A stretch of 64,000 bases of DNA, from NCBI GenBank assembly GCA_963792535.1, contig CAWBWQ010000001.1, forward strand, positions 1 to 64,000, written 5' to 3'. Below the pieces are notes generated by a model. The model ran no database searches, was not told where the DNA came from, and saw only the letters and a list, made by a program, of their open reading frames with translations. The translations under genes were made by a program, and so were the position numbers. Positions 12,804-22,592 of this stretch are shown here, in pieces (position 1 is the first letter of the stretch; the number at the start of each line of letters is the position of its first letter). Origin of the DNA: an uncultured Phycisphaerales bacterium (GTDB lineage Bacteria; Planctomycetota; Phycisphaerae; Tepidisphaerales; Tepidisphaeraceae).

Positions 12804-13502
12804 ATGGGTCAAAAGGTAAATCCAACAGGTTTTCGGGTCGGAATCACCGAGGACTGGAAGAGTCGCTGGTATGCTCCAAAGCAGGCATACGGCAACTTTC
12901 TTGTCGAGGATTTCAAGGTCCGCAAGTTGATCGACGCGAAGCTGAACCGTAAGCCTCCGTTTGCGGCGGTAAGCGATATCATGATCGAGCGGACTCGCGA
13001 AGAGGTGACGATCACCCTCCGCACCGCCCGCCCAGGTCTGGTCATCGGGCCCAAGGGTGCCGAAGTGGACAAACTTCGCGAGGAACTGGAAGACATGATC
13101 AAGCGCAAAGTTGCGCCGATCAAGGTCATCGAAATCAAGAATCCGGATCTCAACGGACAGCTGGTTGCAGAAGCAATCGCTGAACAGCTTAAAAAGCGTG
13201 CCAGCTTCCGCCGTGTTTTGAAGATGCGCATGGAATCGACCATGCAGGCGGGTGCAAAGGGCATCAAGATCAGTGTGAGCGGTCGGCTGGGCGGTGCTGA
13301 AATCGCCCGGCAGGAGAAGGCGACGACGGGATCTGTTCCCCTGACTACCCTGCAGGCAAACGTCGATTACGGTTACGCGATTGCATTCACGACGTATGGT
13401 GCTATTGGCGTTAAGGTGTGGATCTTCCGCGGCATGTACGGCGAAGAAGTGTTGGAGACAGATGTGCGGCCAGGTGGCCCAATGAGGCGCGGTCGCAGGT
13501 AA
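12804..13502 (+). CDS. rpsC: 30S ribosomal protein S3
   Basis: Motifs MGQKVNPTGFR, ARPGLVIG and GRLGGAEIAR. Confidence 0.98.
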   Translation: MGQKVNPTGFRVGITEDWKSRWYAPKQAYGNFLVEDFKVRKLIDAKLNRKPPFAAVSDIMIERTREEVTITLRTARPGLVIGPKGAEVDKLREELEDMIKRKVAPIKVIEIKNPDLNGQLVAEAIAEQLKKRASFRRVLKMRMESTMQAGAKGIKISVSGRLGGAEIARQEKATTGSVPLTTLQANVDYGYAIAFTTYGAIGVKVWIFRGMYGEEVLETDVRPGGPMRRGRR

Positions 13503-13532
13503 TTGGAATTGGTTGCCATGTACGTTGGCGAC

Positions 13533-13593
13533 TTCCATTAGCCCCGGGCTTTGCCCGGGTTTTTGACCCCCGCAGAGCGGGGGGCTAAAGGAA
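13533..13593. repeat. REP doublet (mosaic arms) in the rpsC-rplP spacer
   Basis: ttccattagccccgggctttgcccggg...cccccgcagagcggggggctaaaggaa. Confidence 0.85.
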
Positions 13594-13625
13594 GAGATTG
13601 TAACTAGCAACAGTTTTGGTGTTTT

Positions 13626-14048
13626 ATGCCAATGATGCCCAAGCGGGTTAAGTTCCGCAAAAGTCAGCGCGGTAAGAATCGTGGTGTTGCGAGCCGGGGA
13701 AACACGGTTGCGTTTGGTGAGTTTGGTCTGCAGGCTTTAGAGCATGCATGGATCACCGCCAAGCAGATCGAGGCCGGTCGAGTTGCCGCTTCCCACTTTA
13801 TGCGGCGTGAAGGCCGTGTGTTTATCCGGGTATTCCCGCATAAGCCCATTTCCGCTAAGCCGCTCGAAGTGCGAATGGGCTCGGGTAAAGGTGAACCAGA
13901 GTATTGGGCAGCGGTCGTGAAGCCCGGAACTATGCTGTTTGAAATTAATGGCGTAGATGAGGCAACTGCCAAGCGAGCACTGGCTCGCGTTGCGTTCAAG
14001 ATGCCGATCCCGTGCCGTTTCGTTCATCGCCGGCATGCGATCGCCTGA
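13626..14048 (+). CDS. rplP: 50S ribosomal protein L16
   Basis: Motifs PKRVKFRK and EVRMGSGKG. Confidence 0.98.
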   Translation: MPMMPKRVKFRKSQRGKNRGVASRGNTVAFGEFGLQALEHAWITAKQIEAGRVAASHFMRREGRVFIRVFPHKPISAKPLEVRMGSGKGEPEYWAAVVKPGTMLFEINGVDEATAKRALARVAFKMPIPCRFVHRRHAIA

Positions 14049-14105
14049 GTCAGTAGGCTGCGGGTGTGGTTGTCGATCCAGAGCCTGCAGCAAAGTGAGA
14101 CCGAT

Positions 14106-14309
14106 ATGAAGATCAAAGAAATCAAAGACAAAGACGTCGACACGCTCAAGAGCGAGTTGAGTTCACAGATGAAACATCTGTTTGACCTGCGAACTCAGTC
14201 AGTTACTGAAAAACTGGAAGACCCGACTCAATTGGGCAAGACCCGTAAGACGATCGCCCGCATTAAGACTGTTCTGCACCAGCGACAGGCCGAAGCAGCA
14301 GCGAAGTAA
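14106..14309 (+). CDS. rpmC: 50S ribosomal protein L29
   Basis: Motifs LFDLR and RKTIARIKTVL; canonical position; start at MKIKEI. Confidence 0.95.
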   Translation: MKIKEIKDKDVDTLKSELSSQMKHLFDLRTQSVTEKLEDPTQLGKTRKTIARIKTVLHQRQAEAAAK

Positions 14310-14350
14310 TAGAACAGCGGCTCATAGGCAGCGAGTAACAGGAATTGGTA

Positions 14351-14692
14351 ATGTCAGCAACGCAAACAAAAGCAACGGTCGAACGCCCTCTGCTCCGCAC
14401 CATCCAAGGCATCGTGGCTTCGGACAAGGGTGACAAGACGATCAAGGTCGTCGTGAACTATCAGACCAGGCATGCCAAGTACGGCAAGTATCTCAAGCAT
14501 CGCTCGGTGCTGCATGCTCACGATGCCAAGAACGAAGCAAAGGAAGGCGACGTTGTTGAGATCGCCGAGTGTCGACCTCTGAGCCGGACCAAGCATCACC
14601 GTCTTCTCCGCATTGTAGAGAAGGCGCCGGAGCGTGCAGTCCAGGTATCGGCTGAAGAAGTAATGACCGGCAAGGCGCCGGAAGCAAGATGA
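14351..14692 (+). CDS. rpsQ: 30S ribosomal protein S17
   Basis: Motifs DKGDKTI, HAKYGKY, AHD and ECRPLSRTK. Confidence 0.96.
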   Translation: MSATQTKATVERPLLRTIQGIVASDKGDKTIKVVVNYQTRHAKYGKYLKHRSVLHAHDAKNEAKEGDVVEIAECRPLSRTKHHRLLRIVEKAPERAVQVSAEEVMTGKAPEAR

Positions 14693-14777
14693 AGACGTCA
14701 CTTGTCCGTTGTCAGTCGTTAAGACTGGCGAATAAAGCAACGGACACTGGACAACGGACAACTGACAACGGACAGAC

Positions 14778-15164
14778 ATGATTCAGCAACAAACATACGT
14801 CGACATCTGCGATAACACAGGCGGCAAAGAAGGCATGTGTATCAAGGTGCTTCGCGGCAGCAGCAGCAAGGGCAAGTTTAAGCGCAAGGTCGCTCATGTA
14901 GGCGACGTCATCATCTGCGTGGTAAAAAAAGCTCTGCCTACCGGCGAGGTGAAAGACGGAGATATTGTCCGTTGCGTCGTCGTTCGCACTAAGCAGCCAA
15001 CGATCAGGCCTGACGGAAGCTATGTTCGTTTCGACAACAATGCAGCCGTCGTGATAGATGCGGAAAATAACCCGCGCGGCACGCGTATCTTCGGTGCGGT
15101 TGCCCGTGAACTGCGGGAAAAGAATTTCATGAAGATCGTGTCGCTGGCAAGCGAAGTGGTATGA
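14778..15164 (+). CDS. rplN: 50S ribosomal protein L14
   Basis: Motifs MIQQQT, DNTG and [13 protein letters not shown]. Confidence 0.98.
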   Translation: MIQQQTYVDICDNTGGKEGMCIKVLRGSSSKGKFKRKVAHVGDVIICVVKKALPTGEVKDGDIVRCVVVRTKQPTIRPDGSYVRFDNNAAVVIDAENNPRGTRIFGAVARELREKNFMKIVSLASEVV

Positions 15165-15257
15165 ATTTGTCCATTGCCCGTGGTCTGTTTCCAGTTGTTA
15201 AGACTGGCGGGCGACGAATAAGCAACGGACTACGGACAACTGACAACGGACAGCGAA

Positions 15258-15596
15258 ATGGCCAGAAACATCAAAACCGGCGACCAGGTAATGGTCATTG
15301 CAGGCGCAGCCAAAGGTAAGACCGGACGCGTATTAAAAATCCTCTGCGACAAGAACAAGATCGTCGTTGAAGGTGTTAACCGCGTCTGGAAACACGTTAA
15401 ACCATCGCAGCGAAACCAGCAGGGTGGTCGCATTCAGAAGGATGCGCCGATCGCTATCAGTAATGTGTTGCCGATCGACCCCACCACCGGAAAACCGGCA
15501 CGGGTTCGGTTCCAGGAGATCGATGGGAAGAAGCATCGGCTGGTAGCAATAAAGGGTGGCGGAGTTGGAACGGATCTCGGTGTGATCGGCAAGTAA
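15258..15596 (+). CDS. rplX: 50S ribosomal protein L24
   Basis: KOW motif GDQVMVIAGAAKGKTG, plus VEGVN and APIAISNV. Confidence 0.96.
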   Translation: MARNIKTGDQVMVIAGAAKGKTGRVLKILCDKNKIVVEGVNRVWKHVKPSQRNQQGGRIQKDAPIAISNVLPIDPTTGKPARVRFQEIDGKKHRLVAIKGGGVGTDLGVIGK

Positions 15597-15674
15597 GCAG
15601 TATGTGATCAGCGGCCGCGAGGCAATCGGCGGGCAAACCCACCGGCTACACGACGACGGACAACGGAAAAGACA

Positions 15675-16391
15675 ATGGCAGAAGAAAAAGAAAAAAAAGG
15701 CCCACGTGGTGGTAAACCCACCGAGGCGGAGATCGCCGCTCGCAAGGCCGCTAAAAAGGCTCGAACCGAAGTGGAGGTTGCGGATGACGACAATGCGTCC
15801 CAGGAACCGGCACCACCGGCTCGTTTGATCGCTCACTACCGTGAGAAGGTTGTGCCAGCCCTGCAGGAAAAGCTGGGCGTGTCCAATCTGATGGCAACGC
15901 CACGCATCGAGAAGATTGTTATTTCGATGGGGCTTGGCAAGATCGCCACCAGTGGTGGGGCTGACGCCAAGGCCAAGTTCGAACAGGCGGAAAAAGAGCT
16001 TTCGATCATTGCCGGCCAGAAGCCAGTGCGATGTAAAGCGAAGAAGAGCGTCGCGAACTTCAAGGTTCGCGAAGGCCAGGAAACCGGTTTGAAGGTGACT
16101 TTACGCGGCAACCGGATGTATGAATTTCTCGATCGTGTGGTCACCCTGGCGATTCCCCGCGTTAAGGATTTTCGCGGATTAGATCCGAATGGATTTGATA
16201 AGTCTGGCAACTATAATTTCGGGTTCACGGAACAGACTGTATTCCCCGAGGTGGATGGCGCTGCTGTGACCTTTCAACAGGGCATGAATATCACGATGGT
16301 GACAACAGCCAAGAGCCCCGACCATGGGCGAGAACTGCTGAAGCAGTTTGGGTTCCCGTTCCGGGAAAAATCCAAACTGGAAGATAGGTAA
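15675..16391 (+). CDS. rplE: 50S ribosomal protein L5 (N-terminally extended)
   Basis: Motifs PRIEKIV, AKKSVANFKVREG, KVTLRG and IPRVKDFRG. Confidence 0.97.
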   Translation: MAEEKEKKGPRGGKPTEAEIAARKAAKKARTEVEVADDDNASQEPAPPARLIAHYREKVVPALQEKLGVSNLMATPRIEKIVISMGLGKIATSGGADAKAKFEQAEKELSIIAGQKPVRCKAKKSVANFKVREGQETGLKVTLRGNRMYEFLDRVVTLAIPRVKDFRGLDPNGFDKSGNYNFGFTEQTVFPEVDGAAVTFQQGMNITMVTTAKSPDHGRELLKQFGFPFREKSKLEDR

Positions 16392-16478
16392 GAATTACAG
16401 TTGTTAGTTGTCGTCGCTTGGTTGTGAAGACTGACGAACGATGATGGACAACGAACTACTGACAACGGATCAAAAGTT

Positions 16479-16748
16479 ATGGCAACCAAAGCCTGGATCG
16501 CAAAACAAAAACGAAGAGAAGCGATTGTCGCCAAGTACGCGGACGTTCGGCGGAAGCTGAAGAAGGAAAAGAACTTCGCAGCTATCGCCTCACTGCCGCG
16601 GGACTCGAGCCCGACGCGGTCGAAGAACCGCTGTCAGCTGACCGGCCGGTCGCATGCGTTTCTCCGCAAGTTCAAAGTTTCGCGAATCATGCTTCGAGAG
16701 CTGGCTTTGGCCGGGAAGATTCCGGGATTGAAGAAGGCGAGTTGGTAA
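16479..16748 (+). CDS. rpsN: 30S ribosomal protein S14 (long, non-Zn-ribbon form)
   Basis: Motifs [17 protein letters not shown] and IPGLKKASW. Confidence 0.96.
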   Translation: MATKAWIAKQKRREAIVAKYADVRRKLKKEKNFAAIASLPRDSSPTRSKNRCQLTGRSHAFLRKFKVSRIMLRELALAGKIPGLKKASW

Positions 16749-16843
16749 GGAATGTCAGTTGTCCGTCCTCTGTTTGCAGTCGCCATGACTGAGCAGATGC
16801 GATCGGCGACTGACAACGGACATCTGATAACTGACAACTTAAA

Positions 16844-17242
16844 ATGAACAATCAAGATCCCATCGCTGACATGCTGACTCGCATCCGGAATGCAAACCGG
16901 GTGGGGCGGCGTCTGGTACTGATCCCTAAGAGCAAAATCTGCACGGGCATCGCGCAGGTCCTGAAGGATGAGGGATATATCGAAGAATTCGACCGCGTTG
17001 ATGATGGTCAGCAAGGCCAGATCCGCGTGAAACTGAAGTATTCGATTACCGGAGAAAAGGTGATCCATGCGATCGACCGTTCCAGCAAGCCCGGCTGCCG
17101 GGTGTATCGGAAAGTGGAAGAGTTGCCCAATGTTCTGAACGGTATGGGCATCGCGGTAATCAGCACGAGCAAAGGTGTGATGAGCGATCGCCAGGCGCGG
17201 GAGTCAAATGTTGGTGGCGAGTTGCTTTGCACGGTGAGTTAA
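16844..17242 (+). CDS. rpsH: 30S ribosomal protein S8
   Basis: Motifs DPIADMLTRIRNA, STSKGVM and VGGELLC. Confidence 0.98.
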   Translation: MNNQDPIADMLTRIRNANRVGRRLVLIPKSKICTGIAQVLKDEGYIEEFDRVDDGQQGQIRVKLKYSITGEKVIHAIDRSSKPGCRVYRKVEELPNVLNGMGIAVISTSKGVMSDRQARESNVGGELLCTVS

Positions 17243-17330
17243 GGAATGTCAGTGGTCCGTCGTCCGTTGTTGAATGCCATTGCAATAGACAACCTACAAC
17301 TGACTACGGACTAAATCGACAGGTTTTCAA

Positions 17331-17885
17331 ATGAGCAGAATTGGAAAAAAACCCGTACCGATTGGCACCGCGAAGGTGACCATCTCTGACCGCCTGGTGA
17401 AGGTGGAAGGTAAAGTCGGCAAGTTGGAACGCACGCTGCACCCACTGGTCACAGTGGTGTTGGACTCAGCCAAGAAGGAACTGGTAGTCACCCGCGCGGA
17501 CGACAGCAAAAGCAGTCGTGCACAGCACGGTACCGCCCGTGCGCTGCTTGCTAATATGATCGAGGGCGTGACGAGCGGCTATAAGAAGACGCTGGAAATT
17601 CAAGGTGTCGGTTACAAGGCCGAAGCAAAGGGCAAAAATCTGGTGCTGTCTGTTGGTTACGCCAACCAGATCACACTCGATGTCCCGATGGGCGTGGAAA
17701 TGAAGGTTGAAGGGGTGAATAAGATTCACCTGAGCGGGCCGGACAAGCAGAAGGTTGGCCAGTTCGCCAGCGACATCCGCGCGGTTCGCAAGCCGGAACC
17801 GTATAAGGGCAAAGGGATTCGTTACGAAGGCGAAGCAGTCAAGACCAAACCAGGCAAGGCATTTGCCGGCGCGGGATCGAAATAA
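17331..17885 (+). CDS. rplF: 50S ribosomal protein L6
   Basis: Motifs MSRIGKKPV and PEPYKGKGIRY. Confidence 0.98.
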   Translation: MSRIGKKPVPIGTAKVTISDRLVKVEGKVGKLERTLHPLVTVVLDSAKKELVVTRADDSKSSRAQHGTARALLANMIEGVTSGYKKTLEIQGVGYKAEAKGKNLVLSVGYANQITLDVPMGVEMKVEGVNKIHLSGPDKQKVGQFASDIRAVRKPEPYKGKGIRYEGEAVKTKPGKAFAGAGSK

Positions 17886-18020
17886 GTTTGAAGGAGATGC
17901 GAAGTTTGAAGCGCTATGGTTTCGTCAGTGGCCGTTTTTCAGTTGTAATGAACTTTATCTTTACTGCTTATAAACGACCCTCGACGAACCGGATGACTCT
18001 CAAACACCAGCATATGTATT

Positions 18021-18392
18021 ATGGCAGATAAACAAAAAGCAAAGCAGGTTCGGCTGCAGCGTCGAAAGTGGAGTTTGCGATCGAGCCTGTTCGGCACGGT
18101 TGAACGCCCGCGACTTTCCGTGTTTCGAAGTGATAAGCATATTTATGCCCAGGTTATTGACGATCACTCGGGCACAACCCTTGTGGCTGTCGCCAGCACT
18201 TCGGCGGATGTGCGGGGAGATCTTCCCAACGGTGGCAATATCGAGGCGGCAAAGCGTGTCGGCAAGATTGTCGCCGAGCGAGCCAAAGCAGCAGGCATCA
18301 CGAAGATTGCCTTTGACCGCGGTGGTCGCAAGTATCATGGTCGCGTAAAAGCCCTGGCGGACGCGGCACGTGAAGGTGGATTGCAGTTTTAA
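18021..18392 (+). CDS. rplR: 50S ribosomal protein L18
   Basis: Motifs RPRLSVFRS and [17 protein letters not shown]. Confidence 0.98.
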   Translation: MADKQKAKQVRLQRRKWSLRSSLFGTVERPRLSVFRSDKHIYAQVIDDHSGTTLVAVASTSADVRGDLPNGGNIEAAKRVGKIVAERAKAAGITKIAFDRGGRKYHGRVKALADAAREGGLQF

Positions 18393-18406
18393 AAACGGAC
18401 GAACAA

Positions 18407-19084
18407 ATGGCTGAAGAAACGACATCAGAATCAACTCCGACCACCGAAGCGCCGGCGACACCTGTTGCGCCAACCGCAGCCGGAAGCCAGCAGGCACGCG
18501 GCGGGCAGGGCGGAGGCCGTGGTGGTCAAGGGGGTCGCCAGGGTGGCCAGCAGGGCGGACGCCGGGATCGTCGCGAGCGCGAGCCCGACGAAGGCGGCGT
18601 TGAATCCGCTGTCGTGAAGATTTACCGCTGCTCGAAGGTGGTCAAGGGCGGTCGCACGTTCAGCTTCGGCGCGTTGGTGGTGGCCGGCGATCGCAAGGGA
18701 AATATTGGTGTTGGATATGGCAAGGCGAACGAAGTTCCGCCGGCTGTTGAAAAGGCCACCAAGGACGCCCGCAAGGTGATGTTCAAGGTCAATCTCAAGG
18801 GCACCACGATTCCTCACACTGTTCGCGGCACCTATGGCGCAAGTTCGGTGGTGTTGGCACCCGCCCGTCCTGGAACCGGCGTCACCGCCGGCAAGAGCGT
18901 TCGGCCGTGCCTGGAGTTGTGTGGAATCACCGATATCCTGACCAAGGCATATGGGTCACCTGCCCCCAAAAATCTGGTCAAAGCAACATTAGCTGCCTTG
19001 AAGCAGCTGCAGAACCGCGATCAGGTTGAAAAGATCCGGGGCGTAAAATTAGCCGCTCAGGTTGGCGAGTTGGTTACGGCTTGA
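18407..19084 (+). CDS. rpsE: 30S ribosomal protein S5 (N-terminally extended)
   Basis: Motifs KVVKGGRTFSF, GKANEVP and ARPGTG. Confidence 0.97.
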   Translation: MAEETTSESTPTTEAPATPVAPTAAGSQQARGGQGGGRGGQGGRQGGQQGGRRDRREREPDEGGVESAVVKIYRCSKVVKGGRTFSFGALVVAGDRKGNIGVGYGKANEVPPAVEKATKDARKVMFKVNLKGTTIPHTVRGTYGASSVVLAPARPGTGVTAGKSVRPCLELCGITDILTKAYGSPAPKNLVKATLAALKQLQNRDQVEKIRGVKLAAQVGELVTA

Positions 19085-19164
19085 AGATGAAGGTCGAGGA
19101 TTGAGGATGAACGGTAGAGCATCGATAACGCGATCTTCTATCCTTTAGTCTTTATCCTCAGTTT
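19085..19164 (+). repeat. Second inverted heptamer repeat family (GAGGATn / nATCCTC), copy 1
   Basis: gtcgaggattgaggatgaa ... tcttctatcctttagtctttatcctcagttt. Confidence 0.75.
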
Positions 19165-19183
19165 ACACCGAAGGTGTAGTATT

Positions 19184-19753
19184 ATGAGCATGGTTCACAA
19201 CATTACGACCGGAGCCCCTCGCAGCAAGCCGAGCAAGCGAAAAGGCCGCGGAGAATCCAGCGGTCACGGTAAAACCTCGGGTCGTGGTAACAAGGGTTCG
19301 AAGGCCCGTAACGGCAAATATATCAAGCCGGGTTACGAAGGCGGTCAGACGGCCATTTTCCGTCGTTTGCCCAAGCGTGGGTTCAGCAATGAGAACTTCG
19401 AACGACGCTTCCACATCGTGAATCTCGGTGATCTTGAGCGATTCGATGAAGGCACTACCATCGATCATGGCACGTTGCTTGAAGCCGGACTCGTACCCGA
19501 CAATATCTGGCCGGTGAAGATCCTCAGCGAAGGCACTTTGACCAAGAAGCTTACGATTGTAGCCGGAAAATTCAGCAAGACCGCATACGATAAACTGACC
19601 ACTCTCGGCGCAACCGCTCAGAATCTCAAGGGCGAAGCATTCCAGTTCCCGAAAGTGAAAAAGAAATTCGTGAAGCGGGACAAAGTGAAGAAGGTTGAAG
19701 CAGCGGCCCCCGACGCTCCCGCTGCCGCCAAGCCTGCCGAAGAGGCCAAGTAG
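19184..19753 (+). CDS. rplO: 50S ribosomal protein L15
   Basis: Motifs GRGESSGHGKTSGRGNKG and YEGGQTAIFRRLPKRGF. Confidence 0.97.
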   Translation: MSMVHNITTGAPRSKPSKRKGRGESSGHGKTSGRGNKGSKARNGKYIKPGYEGGQTAIFRRLPKRGFSNENFERRFHIVNLGDLERFDEGTTIDHGTLLEAGLVPDNIWPVKILSEGTLTKKLTIVAGKFSKTAYDKLTTLGATAQNLKGEAFQFPKVKKKFVKRDKVKKVEAAAPDAPAAAKPAEEAK

Positions 19754-19847
19754 ATTATTGTGGGTGCTGGGCTGCCGGTTAAAAGTCAGCAGGGTTTTCC
19801 CTGCGGAGACTACATAACCGATAATTCAGCGCCCACGATCCACAATT

Positions 19848-21242
19848 ATGTTTCAATCATTCCTGAACATCTTCCGAGTTGCTGAACTGCGGAACAAGGT
19901 ACTGTTTACCTTGTTTCTGCTTGCGATTTATCGAATCGGATTTTGGGTTCCACTGCCGGGCGTGGACCAGGCAGTACTCAAGCATCAGCAGGAACAGCAA
20001 CAGAACTCCGACACCAGCGCAGCAGGGCGTATCGCCAGCTATGTCACGCTGTTCTCCGGAGGAACACTTGGTCAGAGCACCGTGTTTGGCCTGGGCGTGA
20101 TGCCATACATTTCCGCTTCGATTATTTTTCAGCTTTTGGGGACGGTGGTTCCGGCGCTGGAAAAGATGCAGAAAGAAGGGGAATCGGGCAGGAAAAAGAT
20201 CCAGGAGTGGACGCGCTATGTCACCGTGCCGCTATGCATGCTGCAGGCGGTGATGTGGCTCAGCTACATGGAGCACGGAAAGTTTGTGAACACCAGTTTC
20301 ATGCATGCGCATGGAACTTCCTTCTGGTTCACCGGCATTATTCTGCTGACATCGGGTTGCATTTTCTTAATGTGGCTTGGTGAGCAGATTGATGAATACG
20401 GGCTGGGAAATGGCGTGAGTCTGATCATTCTGGCAGGCATCGTTTCGCGCATGCCCCACGCGTTGAACATGCTGATCCAGCAGACAAACTTTTCCGCGGT
20501 CCCGGATGCTTCAAAGCAGATCACGCTGGGCAAGGTTGTCACGCTGGCGGCTTTATTCATCTTTATCATCATGGGTTCGATTCTGATCACGCAGGCCCAA
20601 CGCCGAATTCCCGTGCAACAGGCAAAGCATACGCGCGGCCGGCGTGTGTATGGTGGGGGCAAGCAGTTCCTGCCACTGCGGGTGAATCATGGTGGCGTCA
20701 TGCCGATTATCTTTGCGCAGTCTTTGATGCTGTTTCCAGGTGCGTTGCTGGGATGGCTTGAAACTTCGGTGTTTACCGGCAGCAATCGAAGCGAGGTCAT
20801 CGCGTTTTTGAATGACCAGTTTAAGCGCGGATCCTACATTTACATCATTACCGAACTGGCCATGATCTATTTCTTTGCCTACTTCTGGACCACGGTTCAG
20901 TTTCAGCCCAAGGAAATGGCAAACCAGCTCAAAGATTACGGCAGCTTTATCCCCGGCCTGCGGCCCGGAAAACGAACAGCTGACTATCTCGAAAAAGTAA
21001 TGATGCGGATTACGTACGTTGGTGCGGCATTCCTCTGCATTGTCGCCGTTATTCCCACGTGTATCACGGCTTGGCTGGGCATCGACCCGACCATCACCTC
21101 CTTCCTGGGCGGCACCGGTTTGCTCATCGTTGTCAGTGTCGCGCTGGATATGGTGCAGCGCATTGAAGCTAACTTGCTCATGCGAAATTACACTGGGTTT
21201 CTCGGGCCAGGTGGCAAGCGAATCAAGGGAAGGCAGTACTAG
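19848..21242 (+). CDS. secY: Preprotein translocase subunit SecY
   Basis: Motifs LGVMPYISASII, WLGEQI, GVMPIIFA, FIPGLRPGK and GGTGLLIVV. Confidence 0.98.
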   Translation: MFQSFLNIFRVAELRNKVLFTLFLLAIYRIGFWVPLPGVDQAVLKHQQEQQQNSDTSAAGRIASYVTLFSGGTLGQSTVFGLGVMPYISASIIFQLLGTVVPALEKMQKEGESGRKKIQEWTRYVTVPLCMLQAVMWLSYMEHGKFVNTSFMHAHGTSFWFTGIILLTSGCIFLMWLGEQIDEYGLGNGVSLIILAGIVSRMPHALNMLIQQTNFSAVPDASKQITLGKVVTLAALFIFIIMGSILITQAQRRIPVQQAKHTRGRRVYGGGKQFLPLRVNHGGVMPIIFAQSLMLFPGALLGWLETSVFTGSNRSEVIAFLNDQFKRGSYIYIITELAMIYFFAYFWTTVQFQPKEMANQLKDYGSFIPGLRPGKRTADYLEKVMMRITYVGAAFLCIVAVIPTCITAWLGIDPTITSFLGGTGLLIVVSVALDMVQRIEANLLMRNYTGFLGPGGKRIKGRQY

Positions 21243-21427
21243 GTCGAGTACGAAATCAGGTTTAGCGTAATATCCCATAGGCCGCAATTAGGCCGTTGAA
21301 ACGGATACTATGTAAATCCTTCGGCGTATGACGCACTCTGGCGCGTCGGGCACCTGTTTCGAAGTTTGTCTGCGGTGATCGCGTATTCAATCGATGGCTT
21401 TGAAGTTCGCCATTCGAGTTTCAAACG

Positions 21428-22228
21428 ATGCCTACGGTATTAAAGACTCGCCGCGAAATCGACCTCATGCGGCATGCCGGTCAAGTCGGTTACGAGATTC
21501 TTCAGAAGATGAAGAAAGCTGCGGTGCCGGGGGTTACGACCATGGAGTTGGACCTGCTTGCCGCTGATGAACTGGCCAAGGCGGGTGGCGTGGGGATGTC
21601 GCGATTCTTTCCCACCTATCGTGAGGGAGAAGGATTTCCGGGTCACACCTGTATCAGTGTGAATGAGGAAGTCGTGCATGGGATTCCAGGCGCGCGGACA
21701 TTAAAAGACGGGGATATCGTCACGCTTGACCTGGCGTTAAAGGTGAATGGATATTGCGGGGATACCGCTATTACTGTGCCGGTTGGGAAGGTAAGCCCCA
21801 AGGTTCAAAAACTGCTGGATGTCACCAGGCAGACGCTCGAACTGGCGTTGAAGCATATTCAGCCCAACAAGAAGTGGACCGACATTGCCCGATTGATGCA
21901 GTACAACGTAGAGCGGAATGGTTTCAGCGTCGTGCGCGAGTTTGTGGGTCATGGCGTGGGTCGATCGATGCACGAGGACCCCAAGGTGCCGAACTTTGTA
22001 ACGCAGGAGCATCTTCGCGGCGACTTTAAACTGCGGGTCGGCATGACGTTGGCGATCGAACCCATGGTGACGATGGGCCGCCGCGACGTGGATCTGCTTG
22101 ATGATGGCTGGACCGTGGTGACCCAGGACGGTCTGCCCGCCGCGCATTTCGAGCATACTGTGGCGGTGACGGAGACAGGGGTTGATGTATTGAGCGACGG
22201 CAGAGGGGTCGCGGCCGCCATCGCCTGA
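21428..22228 (+). CDS. map: Methionine aminopeptidase type I
   Basis: Motifs CISVNEEVVHGIP, GHGVG, HEDP, AIEPM and AHFEHT. Confidence 0.96.
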   Translation: MPTVLKTRREIDLMRHAGQVGYEILQKMKKAAVPGVTTMELDLLAADELAKAGGVGMSRFFPTYREGEGFPGHTCISVNEEVVHGIPGARTLKDGDIVTLDLALKVNGYCGDTAITVPVGKVSPKVQKLLDVTRQTLELALKHIQPNKKWTDIARLMQYNVERNGFSVVREFVGHGVGRSMHEDPKVPNFVTQEHLRGDFKLRVGMTLAIEPMVTMGRRDVDLLDDGWTVVTQDGLPAAHFEHTVAVTETGVDVLSDGRGVAAAIA

Positions 22229-22394
22229 CTTTGAAGTCAAAGGCACGTACCAGACCTCGAGCACGCCGACAGCGTTTTCGAAGTAACTGTTTTCAGTTTT
22301 GGATTACCGGCAGGGCTTGAGGTTTTGTTTACTATTTGATAGAGTTGACAATTCGCCGGTTGGACAAGGCAAAAAATCGGCAAGTGAGAAAGTC

Positions 22395-22508
22395 ATGAAA
22401 GTAAGAAGCAGCGTTAAAAGAATCTGTGAAAACTGCAAGATCGTCCGTCGCAAGGGGATCGTGCGGGTGATTTGTACGAACACCAAGCATAAGCAGAAGC
22501 AGGGATGA
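22395..22508 (+). CDS. rpmJ: 50S ribosomal protein L36
   Basis: Full sequence [37 protein letters not shown]. Confidence 0.97.
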   Translation: MKVRSSVKRICENCKIVRRKGIVRVICTNTKHKQKQG

Positions 22509-22592
22509 TTTTGTCCGTTCTTAGTTGTCCGTCCTTAGTTGTGACGCGGCTCTGAACCAACGGATTACTGACCACTGACAAAGAGAGCAATC

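Noticed and set aside
22317..22345. Internal promoter before rpmJ (TTGAGG-17-TAGAGT)
   Set aside because: Weak consensus match that cannot be supported from sequence alone.
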